DNA of 64,000 nucleotides, taken from assembly GCA_963808215.1 (NCBI GenBank), contig CAWEEY010000012.1:20409-84408 (forward strand). Reading direction: 5' to 3'. Origin of the DNA: an uncultured Actinomycetota bacterium. GTDB taxonomy: Bacteria > Actinomycetota > Actinomycetes > Streptosporangiales > Streptosporangiaceae. Shown one piece after another: positions 49,126 through 58,037 of the stretch; the first letter of the stretch is position 1, and every line of letters starts with the position of its first letter. The notes under the pieces were generated by a model. That model did no database searches and was not told the DNA's origin. It was given only the letters and a program-made list of their open reading frames with translations. A program made the position numbers and the translations under genes.

Positions 49126-49842
49126 GAAAGCAACGGTATACTTTATTTTTACAAGTGTCTACTCCATAATCCGCAGTCCCTGAGATGGGCGGTCTGGACG
49201 ATGAGGAGTGCTCTGTGACTGGCCCGGCGCACGACGGCTTGCTCGACGCGAGCGCCGTGGTTGCCGCCCCGGCCAAGAACCGGCCGGACGTTCGTCTTCG
49301 ACAAGGAGACGAGCACCGTAACGGTCACCCGAGTCGTCCCGGAGTGTCTGGAGACGCTGCGGCCTTGTGTTGTCCGAGCCGGTCGAGATGCTCGCCGACG
49401 ATCCGGCGGACCTCCTCGTTGCTCGCGCCCCGTGCCAGGGGTTCGGTGGCGTTCGGTTGGACGCGCCCGGCATGCTCGCCAGCAGCGACACGCCAAATGC
49501 CTGGTCCAGGTTCGCGAGCAGCCGGGCCCACGTTCTCAGGTCGGCGAAGGGCTGGTCGAGCAGCGCATGGAGAGCGGTAAGCCTGCCTGACGTCCAGGAT
49601 CGTGTCAATGACCTCGCTGAGCACATGGTTGAGGGCAGCGGCCGGATCGTCGCGCTGGGGCGGGCTCACGCGGGTAGTGATGCGGGCCGGCGGCCCCCGC
49701 ACGCGCAAGGCCAGGCTGCTGGGTTAAGCCCGGCCCGGCGGTCGGGGTGGCTGCCGCAGGCCTCGTAGCGGTTGCCCGCGCTTCCGGCGCCTCGGGCCGC
49801 GGTGCCCACCGGACCAGGGCCGGCATTCCCGGGCGCCAGTGC

Positions 49843-49943
49843 CTACCAGCGCCCGGCGGCCCGATCCCACCGCGCCCAGTGCCTTCGCCAAGTCCTTGTC
49901 GCCGAACGGGACATCAAGCTGCGCGGCAGTCGGCGCTTATCAC
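49843..49943 (-). pseudogene. DUF5710-like domain remnant with a frame break and an in-frame TAG
   Basis: The minus strand reads LDVPFGDKDLAKALGA, then after a 1-nt shift RWDRAAGRW*. The TAG sits where the family has WY. Confidence 0.4.
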
Positions 49944-50248
49944 CCGCGGAGCGGCCGCGCCGTTCAGTGGCGCCTGTTCGCGGCCGAGTCGCAGTGAGCC
50001 AGGCCGCCACGTTCGTCGCGGCCGTCTGCGTCGTTCTCGGACCCTGCATTGGTCGTGCTCAGCGACGAGGTCGACGCGAAGCTGTACCTGTTTTGATGGT
50101 GTCCGTTTGCGGTGATGGCAGCGATGATGGCCTCGAGGAACTGCCGCCATTCGGCGTACCGGTGCTGCTGTTCTGCAAGGAGGGCCGCGTCGGTTGACGC
50201 TCGTCCCCAAAAGCATGGCAATCGCGACCTCACCGTGCAGGCCGGATA

Positions 50249-50734
50249 CTAAAAGTGGCGGGCTCCGATCATGAAAGCCGCCATGGTGGCCGGCAGGTCC
50301 CCAACCACGCGCCAACGGTGGCGTGTTCCGTTCTGCACCACGACATCGCCGGGAGACAGCAACAACTCCGCGCCATCGTCGACCTCGACTACGAGGTTGC
50401 CGGAGATAAGGACCCCGAAATCCGTCGTGTCGGTCCTGTGCATGCCGGGTTGGTCGCCGTCCTCGATGTGCATCTCGGGAGTGGCTTCTGGTGCAACCAC
50501 GTCGAACTCCGGCAAGTACTTCGCCATGGTGAAGCGGATGCCACCTACGGACGGGAATATACCGGGCGCCGCCGGATTGTCCCCCGCGTTCGGGTAAGTT
50601 GCGGGCTCATCGGCACTCCAGAGGAAGGCGAGCTCTCCTAGGCCAGGGATGGCCATCGCGTCGACTTGCTCGTCTCGCACAAAAACAGCGCGACCCTCGG
50701 CGTCATGGCCGGTGACAACCTGGCGTACCTGCAT
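50249..50734 (-). CDS. Cupin domain protein
   Basis: Intact 161-aa ORF. ...HRTDTTDFGVLISGNLVVEVDDG...LSPGDVVVQNGTRHRW. Confidence 0.8.
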   Translation of the reverse strand: MQVRQVVTGHDAEGRAVFVRDEQVDAMAIPGLGELAFLWSADEPATYPNAGDNPAAPGIFPSVGGIRFTMAKYLPEFDVVAPEATPEMHIEDGDQPGMHRTDTTDFGVLISGNLVVEVDDGAELLLSPGDVVVQNGTRHRWRVVGDLPATMAAFMIGARHF

Positions 50735-50849
50735 TCCCTGTCTCCTTCGCGTACGGCTTGTTCATGCTCACCTTCCCCCCGGTAGGAGCATTGATGTCTT
50801 CGAGCAGGTAAAGCGGCGGGCCTAGGCACAGACCGCAGCTATCGGCGTC

Positions 50850-51170
50850 GCTGGCGGTCGGGCGCGGTCCCGCCAGCCGCATTTGCCCGGCGAAGCTCGA
50901 ATACGAAGGCCGTACCCCAGCGGTAACACCTCGCCCGACAGCGCTCTCGCCCAGATATATGCGGGTCATCTGCGAACCTGTCTGCCAGGTACGCGGCGAC
51001 GGGGTCAGCAGATCCGGCGCCACGCTGGCGCAGGCCCCGGTCCGCCGCTGCCCCAGCACATACACCCGGATCGTCTTGCGGTCACGGTTCACGTGGCGGG
51101 CGATCGCTGAGACCTACCGCCCCCGGTTTGCCACAGCCTGAACTTCCTCGTCTTCTCCCTGTGTGAGCAT
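50850..51170 (-). mobile_element. IS21-family-like transposase (IstA) N-terminal HTH fragment, with a nonsense codon and truncated
   Basis: The minus strand reads MLTQGEDEEVQAVANRGR*VSAIARHVNRDRKTIRVYVLGQR...SYSSFAGQMRLAGPRP. The TAG at 51114-51116 sits where homologues have Trp. No catalytic domain follows. Confidence 0.5.
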
Positions 51171-51882
51171 TGAGCCGGGCTCCCACGGCACCAGCGCCCA
51201 CAAGCAGGGCAGGATCGTCGAGAGAACGCCCTCGGCGGCGAGCGCGAAATCGTCGGCAGCCTCGGGACCCAGGTCGTCAAGTTCTCGACCAGGCCGCCGC
51301 CCGCACCGGGCTCTGCGACCACGAAGCAGCCCTTCTCCTCAACAGCTTCGAAGAACTAACCGCCACCGCCACCGTCCGGAACTGGCTAGTCCTCGGCGCA
51401 AGAAGGTTCGATGTGCGAGCTCGGTACCTCCGAGCCCGCGAGAGATGCCATACCCCCGAACCCCAGGGGACCCGCTCGCGTGTTCATTACATAGCTCAAC
51501 CAGGTGAAGTAACCCGGCTTGGCGGGCATGCCAGCAGCACTGACGTCCTGACGCGGAAGGACGGGCCGATACGTCAGCGGCCAGGCGCCGCTCGAACCGC
51601 GGCGACCTCTCAACTGCGGGCTCATGACCACGCCGGGCACAGGTCCTGATCACCGAATCCCCTGAAGGAGGATGGGGTATGAATGGCGACGCCAGCACCG
51701 GCGCCTGCTGCGTCACCGCATCGCGACGGCGGGCTGCCCGCAGGAACCGCGCCGACGGGAACCCGTTTAGTTGATCTTGACAACGGCGGGCTCTGCTGGC
51801 CTGAGCCCGCCGATGTGGCGGCCGGCGCAATGAGTGATGCGGACCAGCGGCACGCGGGTCTCGACAAGGAAGTACAAGGACA

Positions 51883-52617
51883 ATGAGCGAACAGCGAGAG
51901 CTGGAGGGCGTCACGGCCCTGGTCACAGGCGCTACTTCGGGAATCGGCAGAGCAGCGGCCGAGCAGCTCGGCCGGCACGGCGCCGACGTCATCGTGCACG
52001 GGCGCGACCCCACCCGCGGCGGGGCGGTGGCCGGCGCCATCACCGCCGAGGGCGGCACGGCCCGTTTCGCCGCCGCCGACCTCGACGCCCCCGCTCAGCT
52101 CGACGACCTTGTCCGGCAGGCCGGATCGGTCGACGTCCTGGTCAACAACGCCGGGTTCTCCTGGATCGGGCCGACCGCAGAACTCGAGGTGGCGACCTTC
52201 GACCGGCTCATCGCCGCCAACGTCCGGGCGCCCTACTTCCTCGTCGCTGCGCTGGCCCCGAAGATGGCCGCCCGCGGGAGCGGCAGCATCATCAACGTCG
52301 GCAGCCAGTCCGGGCAGATCGGCATGGCGGGCCTCGCCGCCGACAGCGCCACCAAGGGCGCGCTGGCGGCGCTGACCCGTTCCTGGGCGGCCGAGTTCAG
52401 CCCCGCCGGCGTCCGGGTCAACACCGTCGTCTCCGGACCTGTCTACACCGGCATCCGGCCCGACAGCGTGACCGAAGCCGTTGGCGCGACTACCCTCATG
52501 GCGCGCGCCGCGCAGCCCGATGAGATCGCCAGCGTGATCGTCTTCCTCGCCTCACCCCAGGCCAGCTACATCACTGGCGCGGTCCTCGCTGCCGACGGCG
52601 GCCGCACCGCCATCTGA
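51883..52617 (+). CDS. SDR family protein, atypical (DSATK in place of YxxxK)
   Basis: Intact 244-aa ORF. VTGATSGIG and NNAG are present. The catalytic-Tyr position is Asp. Confidence 0.9.
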   Translation: MSEQRELEGVTALVTGATSGIGRAAAEQLGRHGADVIVHGRDPTRGGAVAGAITAEGGTARFAAADLDAPAQLDDLVRQAGSVDVLVNNAGFSWIGPTAELEVATFDRLIAANVRAPYFLVAALAPKMAARGSGSIINVGSQSGQIGMAGLAADSATKGALAALTRSWAAEFSPAGVRVNTVVSGPVYTGIRPDSVTEAVGATTLMARAAQPDEIASVIVFLASPQASYITGAVLAADGGRTAI

Positions 52618-52792
52618 TCCGTCGCTGCGCAATGGCTGCGCCACCCGTGGCCCGGCAGCCACTCACAAGGGACCAGCGCCTACGGCGACAATTCGGGCCT
52701 GAAACCCATGAAGAGACCGAGCAGCGTTACGAGGTCAAGAGCAGCGATGATGCCGGCTATGTAGACGGCGGGGAAAGCACGGGGAGCGTCTC

Positions 52793-53527
52793 ATGAACCT
52801 ACAAGACCAGCGGGTGCTGGTGACCGGCGCGACCGCCGGAATAGGCCGGGAAACCGCCACGCTGTTCGCCCGCCGCGGCGCGACCGTGGTCATCACCGGG
52901 CGCGACCCCGAACGAGGAGCGCAGGCCGTCGCGGCGATCGAGGCCGAGGGTGGAAGCGCCGAGTTCATCGTCGCCGACCTGAACGACATCGCAGCGGTAC
53001 GACGCCTGGCCGAACAGGTCGGTGAGGTCGACGTGCTGGTGAACAACGCGGCCGCGCACCATTACGCTCCGACGCTGGAGCAGGACGTCGACTCGTTCGA
53101 CATGACGTTCGACGTCACCGTTAGGGCGCCGTTCTTCCTCACCGCAGCGCTGCTGCCAAAAATGATCGCCCGCGGATCGGGTGTCATCATCAACATCTCC
53201 GGCGCGTTGGCTTCGTCAGGCGACGTAGGCGGCGCGGTGGTCTCCGCCGCCGCCAAGGCGGCACTCGAATCATTCACCAGGTCCTGGGCCGTGGCCTTCG
53301 GCGCCCACGGGATTCGTGTCAACGCCATCGCGCCCGGGTCCACCCGCACCGACTCGGTCGTCGCTACACTCGGCGGCAGGTTGGAGCAGCTGGGCTCCGC
53401 GACGCCGTTGCGCCGGACCGCTGACCCGAGCGAGATCGCCGAGGCCATCGTTTTCCTCGCGTCGCCACAAGCGAGCTACATCACCGGCGCTACCGTGATG
53501 GTGGACGGCGGCTACAGCGCGATCTGA
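52793..53527 (+). CDS. SDR family protein, atypical paralog (SAAAK in place of YxxxK; NNAA in place of NNAG)
   Basis: Intact 244-aa ORF. VTGATAGIG. Its C-terminus (FLASPQASYITGA) is shared with the neighbouring paralog. Confidence 0.9.
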   Translation: MNLQDQRVLVTGATAGIGRETATLFARRGATVVITGRDPERGAQAVAAIEAEGGSAEFIVADLNDIAAVRRLAEQVGEVDVLVNNAAAHHYAPTLEQDVDSFDMTFDVTVRAPFFLTAALLPKMIARGSGVIINISGALASSGDVGGAVVSAAAKAALESFTRSWAVAFGAHGIRVNAIAPGSTRTDSVVATLGGRLEQLGSATPLRRTADPSEIAEAIVFLASPQASYITGATVMVDGGYSAI

Positions 53528-53735
53528 CAAATGCTTGCGCCAGAGTTGCGCGCTCAGCCTACCGGCGGCGCGAGATTCACCGGGACGAAGAGTACCGCGG
53601 AGGCGTGCTCGCCGCGGTGCCAGAAGCGCCTACAACGCTCACAGACTTAAGGCACTCCTAATACGCCGCGCGGCCCCACGCTCGAAGGAGGCTACCTCCT
53701 CCGAAGATAGGCCAGCGCCCAGAAAGCGGTGCGAC

Positions 53736-54156
53736 ATGACGCACGGCACAGCAGCAGGCTTCGCCCGGCGACACGTGGAGGAAATCATCTACGACCGCCG
53801 CTTGGATCTCGTAGACGAGCTCTACGCCCCAGACGCTATGTACAACGACCCCGTTGCCCCAGGCGGCACGGCCTGGGGCCGCCATGAGATCAAGGCCTTC
53901 TTCTCGGCGATTCTCCAAGCGATGCCTGATGTCCGCTTCACCATCGAGGACAACTTCGGGATCGCGGACCGCGGACCGTGGCCTGTGCCGTGGCACCATC
54001 AGTGCAACCCTGCGCGGCGACTTCGGCCCCCTCCCCGCCACCGGAAAGTCCGCCACCGCTCCCATTGCCGAGATCTTTCGGATCGCGGACGGGCAGATCG
54101 TGGAGGCGACCCCGATACGACGGCCGCCCACGGGGGCTCCGCTCCCCTGGGTCTAG
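53736..54156 (+). CDS. Ester cyclase / SnoaL-like protein, frame broken near 53970
   Basis: MTHGTAAGFARRHVEEIIYDRRLDLVDELYAPDAMYNDP... is in ORF 53535..54359. GTISATLRGDFGPLPATGKSATAPIAEIFRIADGQIVE is in ORF 53854..54156. Confidence 0.7.
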
Positions 54157-55010
54157 CTCTTGAGTATGTTCACGGCTCGGGCAATCACCAGCGCCCCGAC
54201 CGCGAGCGACACTGCGGACTGGACGAGCATGGTGAGCTTCGCCCATCGGGCCAGCGGCATCACGTCGGTGGGGCTGAAGGCGGTCGCATTGGTGAACGAC
54301 AGGTACAGGTAGTCAACGAAATGCGGCTCCCAGTCGGCGGGCGCCAGTTGCGGCGATGACATCTGGGGGAACAGAAAGTCCAGACTCCGTGAGGTAGCCG
54401 CAACGCGGCGGATCGGCCCGCCACGGTCGAATTCCCAGTACCACAGCCCGAACGCGATGACGTTAGTCGCCCAGATCGATGCGCCGGAGGCGAATAGTGG
54501 CCCTGCGGCGCCAGCCTTACCGTCCAGGATCGCCCGGATCAGTAGCACGGCCGACGCGGCGTTAGCAGCCGACAGCAGCAAGATCAGCACGATGCTGGCC
54601 GCGCGCATCGCGGTGCCCCCGCGCTCGACCCGGACCGGATCGGCGATGGTCAGGCCGATCAGCAGCGCTCCCTCCAGACTGGGCATCAGCCACTGCGGCA
54701 GCGGCTCGGTCAGATGCGGCGGGAGCAGGACCTGCAGGACAATCGCGGCGATAATGCTCGCGGTTATCGGCCAGCGCCGCTCGCCGCGCGTCGGGCGCAG
54801 CCACGCCGGGACAACGAAGCCCGGCACGCGGCCGGTGCCCAGCTGCTCTGCCTTGCGCACCCAGCCCTGCCACCCAGCTGGCAGTGGCAGCTCGGCGGGC
54901 TGCTGCGGCGGCGTGGCGGGCTGCTGCGGCGGCGTGGCGGGTTCCTGCGGCGGCTCGGCGGGTTCCTGCGGCGGCTCGGCGGGTTCCTGCGGCGGCTCTG
55001 AGTCTGTCAT
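54153..55010 (-). CDS. DUF1345 family membrane protein with an N-terminal Pro-rich heptad repeat
   Basis: Start MTDSEPPQEP at 55010, in frame in ORF 54153..55427. Hydrophobic core and ...FDFLYLSFT-like C-terminal region. Confidence 0.75.
   Translation of the reverse strand: MTDSEPPQEPAEPPQEPAEPPQEPATPPQQPATPPQQPAELPLPAGWQGWVRKAEQLGTGRVPGFVVPAWLRPTRGERRWPITASIIAAIVLQVLLPPHLTEPLPQWLMPSLEGALLIGLTIADPVRVERGGTAMRAASIVLILLLSAANAASAVLLIRAILDGKAGAAGPLFASGASIWATNVIAFGLWYWEFDRGGPIRRVAATSRSLDFLFPQMSSPQLAPADWEPHFVDYLYLSFTNATAFSPTDVMPLARWAKLTMLVQSAVSLAVGALVIARAVNILKS
54894..54998. repeat. Coding 21-bp tandem repeat x5 (two identical A units, three identical B units)
   Basis: GGCGGGCTGCTGCGGCGGCGT x2, then GGCGGGTTCCTGCGGCGGCTC x3. 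On the minus strand these encode PPQEPAE/PPQQPAT heptads. Confidence 0.95.
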
Positions 55011-55069
55011 TTGCTTCCCACCTTGCCCGGATGGACGGCGAACCTCACCTTCGCCAGGCGGCCGCAACG

Positions 55070-56623
55070 CTACCCCAGCGGCGGGACGGCAGCCTCGATG
55101 AGGTGCGGGCCGGGCTCGGCAAGCGCGGTCTGCAGCTGCCTGGCGAACTCGGCCGCTGTCGTCGCCCGGCTGGCAGGGACGCCCATGCCGGTGGCGAGCG
55201 CGGTGAAGTCGATGTCGGGGCGCGACAGGTCCAGCAGGCTCCTCGCAGTTGTCCCGGTGGTCAGAGCTCCGGTCCGCTGCAGCTCCATTGCGAGGATCGC
55301 GTACGAGCGGTTGCTGAAGATCACCGTGGTGATGTCGAGCTGCTCGCGCGCGTGGGTCCAGAGCGCGGACGCGGTGTACATGGCGCTGCCATCGGCTTCG
55401 AGCGCGAGAACCGGCCGGTCCGGGCAAGCGATCGCCGCGCCGGCCGCGAGCGGCAGGCCCTGGCCGATCGCGCCGCCGGTCAGGCTCAGCCAGTCGTGCG
55501 GCGGCGCACCGGCGGTCGCGCCGGGCAGGAAAATCCCGGAGGTGTTCGCCTCATCGCAGACGATGGCGCCCTCCGGCAACAGCGCGCCGATCACCTCGGC
55601 CGCCGTCTGAGCGGTCAGCTCGCCGTCCGGCAGGCCGGGCCGCACTGGCTGCTGCGGCGACGGCGCGGTACCTGGCGCGACAAGGTCGGCCAGCGCGGCG
55701 AGCGCGGCGGATACGTCGTCGCCAGGCTCGGCGAGCACATGCACCTGACAGCCGTCCGGCAGCGGCGTGCTGGGCTTACCGGGATAGGCGAAGAACGACA
55801 CCGGCGAAGTCGCTCCCGCCAGGATCAGGTGCCGCGCTCCGGCAAGCTGGCCGGCTGCGGCCTCCACCAGGTAGGCGAGCCGCTCGACGGCGGGAACGCC
55901 CGCCCCGCGCTCATGGCGCGCCGGGAACGTCTCGGCGATCAGCCTGGCTCCCGTCGCCGCCGAGATGCGGCTAGCGGAATCGAGCGCGGCGCGCCGAAGT
56001 CCGGTTCCGCCGAGCAGGATCACGGCCGTTTCCCCGCCGCGAAGCACAGTGGCGATGGCGCGCGTCACCTCATCAGGAACCGGCGCGGGTGCCCTGACCG
56101 CGGCAGGAGCTGCCGGTTCGGCGCCGGCAGTCCAGGTCACGTCGGCAGGGAGGATGAGCGTCGCGACCTGGCCGGGCGGCCGCAGCGCAGCGGCGACCGC
56201 CTCGGCGGCGTCCGCGGGCGCCTCGATGCTGCGCGAGCTGCGCCGGACCCAGCCGGACACCGATCCGGCCAGCGCGTCGATGTCGGCCTCAAGCGGCGCG
56301 TCGTACCGCTTGTGATAGCTGGCATGATCCCCCACGATCGCCAGCAGCGGCGTATGCGCGCGGCGCGCGTTGTGCAGGTTGGCGAGCCCGTTGGCCAGGC
56401 CGGGGCCTAGGTGCAGCAGCACGCTCGCGGGGCGGCGGGTCATCCGGCCGTACCCGTCAGCGGCACCGGTCGCCGCTCCCTCGAACAGGCACAGCACGCC
56501 GCGCATCGCGGGTACGGCATCCAGAGCCGCGACGAAGTGCATCTCCGAGGTACCGGGATTGGCGAAGCACGTGCTGACGCCGGAATCGACCAGCGTCCTG
56601 ACGACTGCCTCTGCTCCCTTCAA
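55070..56623 (-). CDS. Thiamine-pyrophosphate-binding enzyme (acetolactate synthase large-subunit-like)
   Basis: Intact 517-aa ORF. N-terminal TPP_enzyme_N (GAEAVVRTLVDSGVSTCFANPG) and a C-terminal TPP-binding region. Confidence 0.9.
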   Translation of the reverse strand: MKGAEAVVRTLVDSGVSTCFANPGTSEMHFVAALDAVPAMRGVLCLFEGAATGAADGYGRMTRRPASVLLHLGPGLANGLANLHNARRAHTPLLAIVGDHASYHKRYDAPLEADIDALAGSVSGWVRRSSRSIEAPADAAEAVAAALRPPGQVATLILPADVTWTAGAEPAAPAAVRAPAPVPDEVTRAIATVLRGGETAVILLGGTGLRRAALDSASRISAATGARLIAETFPARHERGAGVPAVERLAYLVEAAAGQLAGARHLILAGATSPVSFFAYPGKPSTPLPDGCQVHVLAEPGDDVSAALAALADLVAPGTAPSPQQPVRPGLPDGELTAQTAAEVIGALLPEGAIVCDEANTSGIFLPGATAGAPPHDWLSLTGGAIGQGLPLAAGAAIACPDRPVLALEADGSAMYTASALWTHAREQLDITTVIFSNRSYAILAMELQRTGALTTGTTARSLLDLSRPDIDFTALATGMGVPASRATTAAEFARQLQTALAEPGPHLIEAAVPPLG

Positions 56624-56775
56624 GTTGTCCTCCTTATCACCAGAGCGTCCCGCTGTGTCATATCACGACCGGAGGCCCGGCCTCTTGGCGCGGCTGGCCC
56701 ACCGCCAGGAGCCCCGGTCTGTGGCCCTGATCTAGTGTGGAACTGCAGGCGTTCGGACTCCCGGACGGAGGCAGC

Positions 56776-57276
56776 ATGGTCTTTGACCCGCATTGGGGCA
56801 TATCACCCGCCAGACGCGGTCAGATGCGCGCGTCCACGGCGGATCGAGAGAGCGCGATCGAGATCCTCAAGTCTGGCTTCACCGAGGGCAGGCTGACTCA
56901 GGAGGAGTACGGGGAACGGGTCGGGCTGGCCTACGCTTCGCGAACCTACGACGACCTGACGGCAATCACATGGGATCTTCCGGTTCCAGAGCAGGTGACC
57001 AGCCTGATCCGCCGGTCACCCGACGTCGGGCCTGAGCAGCGCCAGCTGAACGGGCTGGCTGTCTCGTCAGTCGTCCTGGCGTTCTTTCCCGGATTGCTCA
57101 GCGTGCTCGCGGTCGTACTCGGGCTAGCTGCCCGCACCCAGATCCGCGAGCACGGCGGTGAGGGTGCTGGCCTGGCCGGCTTTGGAATCGTCCTCGGGGC
57201 ACTGTCCTCGCTATTGTTCGCGCTCTGGCTGGTCAACTTAGGTCAGCAGGTGACAATGCGGTCGATTCAGCCCTGA
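56776..57276 (+). CDS. DUF1707 + DUF4190-type membrane protein
   Basis: RASTADRESAIEILKSGFTEGRLTQEEYGERV followed by two TM helices. Alternative start at 56824. Confidence 0.75.
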   Translation: MVFDPHWGISPARRGQMRASTADRESAIEILKSGFTEGRLTQEEYGERVGLAYASRTYDDLTAITWDLPVPEQVTSLIRRSPDVGPEQRQLNGLAVSSVVLAFFPGLLSVLAVVLGLAARTQIREHGGEGAGLAGFGIVLGALSSLLFALWLVNLGQQVTMRSIQP

Positions 57277-57867
57277 CGGCTCCAGAGCGGGCCCACGGTC
57301 AGCCACTCGATCTCCCAGCCCTCGAGCCGTCGCCGGTACAGAGCCCGCCGGGCCAGCCAGCACGATCCGGTGAGCACTGCAGCCAGCGCCGCTAGTGCCA
57401 TCAGCGTGTCGGCGGCTGCACGATCGCTGACCTGCCCCGCCGTCAGCGGTGGCATCTGCGGCTGTCCGACCCGATTCAGCCACACGGTCTGCCTGCTGCC
57501 CGCGCTCGACTTGGCAGCCGCAGGGACATCGCCAGTGTGCTGCTGACCGTCCACGGTCCACCGCGGCCGGCGTCCACGTCATCCAGGTGTTGGCACCGTG
57601 GTCGGACTCCGCTGGCCCCGGCACAGCGCGCAGGAGCACCGCCGTGACCGAGTGCCAGCTCAGCTTTGCATGCGCCACCGCCGCGTTATCCGCCTGAACC
57701 CACATTCCGGTCAGGCCAGCCACGACCGGGCACAGTGCCACGAACAGGCCGATTGCGGCGGGCAGCAGCCACCGCTGCATCAGGTCCGAGCGCGGGCGAA
57801 GCGGATTGCCGTCCAGGCCAAGCCTGCGCGTTAGATTCGTCCACCTCGTCCGGGGCATCGCCGCCAT
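57267..57867 (-). CDS. Rv1733c-like two-TM membrane protein, frame broken near 57555
   Basis: N-terminal part in ORF 57238..57987 (RRLGLDGNPLRPRSD...). C-terminal part in ORF 57267..57554 (...LARRALYRRRLEGWEIEW). Confidence 0.6.
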
Positions 57868-58037
57868 TGCCGCTCCACCGGCACCCTGGCCGCACCGTTG
57901 CGACCTGGTCCTTCTGCGATTGTCCCTCTCCCGGACCTGCTCTGCCACACTTACCGCGGCCTGGCGGGCGGCAGCGTGCCAGGCCACCCCCGTTCCCTCC
58001 CACGACGATCAGGTAAGGGAACGGGGTTGCCCGCGCT

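Noticed and set aside
49160-49720. Protein-like minus-strand translations (ALNHVLSEVIDTILDVRQA / LTALHALLDQPFADLRTWARLLANLDQAFGVSLLASMPG / EEVRRIVGEHLDRLGQH) spread over frames
   Set aside because: It looks like a broken gene, but I cannot assign a family or define its ends. It is left unannotated.
51171-51880. Several 60-240-aa ORFs on both strands
   Set aside because: None shows a recognisable motif, signal peptide or convincing start context. The region is probably eroded sequence adjacent to the IS remnant.
54894-54998. Short tandem repeats considered as a possible CRISPR or VNTR array
   Set aside because: The units are contiguous 21-mers with no spacers and lie in frame inside a coding sequence (Pro-rich heptads). 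This is not a CRISPR array.
54884-56410. 508-aa ORF on the plus strand
   Set aside because: It is antisense to the intact TPP-enzyme gene (55070..56623) and to the DUF1345 N-terminus. It is Arg/Gly-rich low complexity.
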